Origin: Macrostomum lignano | Taxonomy: Eukaryota | NCBI GenBank assembly: GCA_002269645.1 | Contig: NIVC01002591.1 | Span: 1-64,000, forward strand | Length of the DNA: 64,000 nt | Reading direction: 5' to 3' | Shown here: positions 61,201 to 64,000 of the stretch, one piece after another | Numbering within the stretch: position 1 is the stretch's first letter | Layout of the letters: each line of letters starts with the position of its first letter | Translations under genes and position numbers: made by a program | Notes under the pieces: model-generated | What the model was told of the DNA's origin: nothing | The model's database searches: none | What the model saw: the letters and a program-made list of their open reading frames with translations, nothing else

Positions 61201-61592
61201 AGCAGAAGGAGCGCGTCTCGGCCAAGAACTCGCTCGAGAGCTACGCCTTCTCCATGCGCCAGACTGTCGAGGACGAGAAGCTCAAGGACAAGATCTCCGA
61301 GGACGACAAGAAGACCATCCTGGACAAGTGCAACGACGTCATCAAGTGGCTCGACGCCAACCAGACCGCCGAGAAGGACGAATACGACCATCAGCAGAAG
61401 GAGCTCGAGAAGGTGTGCAACCCCATCATCACCAAGCTGTACCAGGCCGCTGGCGGAGCCGGTGGAATGCCCGGTAGCATGCCTGGCGGCTTCCCCGGTG
61501 GCGCTCCTGGTGCTGGCGCTGCTGGCGGCCAGAGCGGCGGCGGCGGCGGCAGCGGTGGCGGCTCCGGCCCCACCATCGAGGAGGTCGACTAA
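58299..61592 (+). CDS. HSPA8: Cytosolic heat shock cognate 70 (Hsc70/HSPA8-like), 660 aa
   Basis: Exons 58299-58503, 59054-59901 and 60663-61592 join in phase. Motifs [21 protein letters not shown] and [16 protein letters not shown] repeats and terminal GPTIEEVD. Confidence 0.98.
59975..60071 (+). ncRNA. SNORD14: U14-like box C/D snoRNA, copy 1
   Basis: Box C ATGATGA (59980-86); domain A ATTCGCGGTTTC (antisense to 18S GAAACYGCGAAU); domain B CCTTCCTTAG (antisense to 18S CYAAGGAAGG); box D CTGA (60061-64); terminal CTCAG/CTGAG; hosted in hsc70. Confidence 0.88.
60145..60241 (+). ncRNA. SNORD14: U14-like box C/D snoRNA, copy 2
   Basis: Identical to copy 1, 170 bp downstream. Confidence 0.85.
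60315..60411 (+). ncRNA. SNORD14: U14-like box C/D snoRNA, copy 3
   Basis: Identical to copy 1. Confidence 0.85.
60485..60581 (+). ncRNA. SNORD14: U14-like box C/D snoRNA, copy 4
   Basis: Identical to copy 1; box D lies 88 nt from the 3' splice site. Confidence 0.88.
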
Positions 61593-62384
61593 AAATAGTG
61601 TGAAATCTGACTGGAACATCAATTATCAGTGAAGAATTCTGTTTGTCAGCTTTGACCCTGGCTTGTACCTGGATTATAATACTTCCCCGAGCTGAAACAT
61701 TCGCTACATGCGACTTGTCTAATTAATGATCATATGACGGTGTACTTTTATTGCTGCTACTCCATCTCCTTGTTCGCCATCACATCCCAGTCTTGTTGAT
61801 GTCAGAATTTTTGTTCTGAGGAGGATTAATAATTCAATAATAAACAAGTTTTGTAATATTAATAACTAAAAATACCAATAATAATAATATAATCTGTTAT
61901 TTTCGTCATCAAACGTAAGATTTCCTCCCACTATGTCATATAGTCTCACTTCTGTAGATTATTAAAACCGCTGTGTCATTTTTGGCTTCAGTAGTGAGAT
62001 TTTTTGTCAGCCTTGTTTTTCTTTCAGCCCTTTTGACTAAAACAATTGTTTTTTTGTCCGGGGTTGCATCGCCTTGACCTGCTCCAGTTTTCTACAAACA
62101 AATACTTAGCATACCGCATAAGTAAGCATTTCGTCTTCATTTTAAACCGAAAAAATATACAGTTTGGTTCATTTATTTCCAGGCGTTCTCGCGGCGCTAG
62201 GCCTATACTTTTCTAGGCCTTATATTCGGTTTTTCAATTATTCAGTTTCAAAAATGTCCGGTTTTGGATTATTTTTACTTGGTTAAAGAACGTCGACTGG
62301 TTCAGTATGTGGTTCAGTATTTATTACTGTATTACCGACTCTGCGGACTCATACATGCGCAACCTTGGGAATCACTCGGCCGTT

Positions 62385-62438
62385 TCTATTGGCAACACAC
62401 ACATGTAATTCGCTATTGGCTGAGAGCAGTCACGTGAC
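62385..62438. promoter_or_regulatory. CCAAT boxes plus palindromic GTCACGTGAC (USF/TFE-type E-box)
   Basis: Two ATTGG and GTCACGTGAC at 62429-62438; target gene not visible. Confidence 0.3.
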
Positions 62439-62455
62439 TACCACATGATTACCGC

Positions 62456-62817
62456 ACACTTAAATCCTTTCCCATAAAAGATTGCCCAATACTAACATTT
62501 TCCATGGTATATTTCCAATTACTATTGAAAATACTACCAAATAGTGCTTCTGAAAATACTCCAATGGGAAATCCCCTGTGGCGGGAAATACTCAAATCGG
62601 GAATCTTCTGTGGGAAATACTGAAATCAGGAATTTCCTGCCTAGTGGGAAATACTGAAATCAGGAATTACCTGCCTAGTGGGAAATACTGAAATTGAGAA
62701 TTTCCTGGTGGGAAATACGCAAATTGGGAATCTCCTGTGAGAGCTACTTATAAATTTGAAATAGGAAATATTAATCATTGACCTGGCAATCTTTTATGGG
62801 AAAAAGGATTTAAGTGT
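62456..62817. mobile_element. MITE (362 bp) with internal degenerate tandem repeats
   Basis: TIRs ACACTTAAATCCTTTCCCATAAAAGATTGCC (62456-86) and its complement at 62785-62817, differing by two T; internal GGGAAATACTGAAATCAGGAATT repeats. Confidence 0.8.
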
Positions 62818-64000
62818 AGATGTACGGTAATAAATGGGAAAATGGGCAATTTATTCCCATAAATTGGTCTGTCACTTGAAAAAACGTTTAAAAAAAGACA
62901 AGACCAATTTAACATGAAAAATCGATTAATGCGTCGTTATAGAGCAGCAGTGTGAGGCACAAAAATAGTGTGCAGTGTGATTAGAACTTTCCTTGACACT
63001 GTTAAGAGACCCAAACACTTTTAGTTTTGAAAATCGTGAAATTTCCTATCTCAGTATTGTTTTCCGGTGAAACCTGCCTTAAAAACTATTTCTGAACGAA
63101 AAGTTTTATGAATATTGATAGAGCAATAAGAAAGGCACAGCATATCAAAAAGATGAACACTGGATCTGCCTCCTATCAAAAGCAATAATAATTTTTGTGC
63201 TGAAAAAATGAAAACCTCTTATCTCTGTTTACACGTGTATTTTTCGGCGAAAAGTTGCCTTCAAAACATTTACCATAGATTTCGAGTGTAGCGTCCTTCT
63301 ACTTAAGTTGTCCTTGGTAATATTTAGTGTAGCTAGCAATCGATTTCAGTTAAGCTTCCTAATTTTGTAAAGCTACATGGAAATCCATTTAATCCTGTCT
63401 GTCCTTTCTTACATGTACATTTTGCAACCATTGCACCGACTAAATCAATGGTGCGTATGTCATTTACAAGTACATCTAACATCTACAGTGTACATTATAT
63501 ATACTTTATATGTACATGTATCTGCAGAAAGTTTACTTACAGACCACGCAGACATGGACAGAGACAATTATAATGTATGCAAAGTACATGGACATGTACA
63601 TGTATACGTCGCTTCTATATAATAGTGTTGCATTTAGCTTTCCGAAGTAGCGATTACATTGTACTTTTGACTCTTAATTATTGTTTGATCAGTATTCCTC
63701 GGCACAGGAGACCACTTGAACTATTTAAAATTACCGGTGTCTGCATTTGGTACATGTACACAGATTTGTTTAGAAAGCTCCATATAGCATTTTTATTATG
63801 GAGACAAGCCATGGTTCTGAGACTCTGGGAAATATGCTTGACTTTTCATCAACTGCAGCTTTACACGTAGCTTGCTCGTATCAATAAAGTTAATAAACTA
63901 CGAAAATAAAGCTGTCTTAATGGACCTGTAGACTGTAGTTGTATGAATTAATGCATTAATGCGTAAGTTAGTATCGCATATTTACTATACGCGTATAAAG

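Noticed and set aside
59313-61622. Long antisense ORFs over hsp70 (also those over POU4 and NRAMP)
   Set aside because: Expected shadow ORFs of GC3-rich coding sequence.

Overview
Eukaryotic (metazoan) genomic DNA, not prokaryotic. GC-rich spliced exons sit among about 30 minisatellite or satellite arrays. The style is consistent with a free-living flatworm such as Macrostomum; this is inference only. Exon structures were rebuilt by hand from splice signals and reading phase. Well-supported genes: a 4-exon RING-CH plus 2-TM (MARCH-like) E3 ligase (8922-12694 +), NRAMP/SLC11 metal transporter (18681-22876 -, one GC-AG intron), intronless OST3/6 TUSC3/MAGT1 (29949-30929 +), mitochondrial ornithine carrier SLC25A15-like (34065-37511 +), POU4/Brn3 (50411-52523 -) and cytosolic Hsc70 (58299-61592 +). 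Weaker calls are a coiled-coil gene and two orphan ORFs. Mobile DNA includes two copies of a tRNA-derived CORE-like SINE, several MITEs and a split RTE-type LINE relic. Most long ORFs in the supplied track are artefacts of tandem repeats. The most striking feature is Hsc70 intron 2, which carries four identical U14-like box C/D snoRNAs in a 170-bp tandem array. Their flanking stems suggest an ancestral snoRNA pair that expanded by unequal crossover, and their methylation guide is shortened. A second theme is direct evidence that non-autonomous transposons seed the minisatellites that fill most introns.
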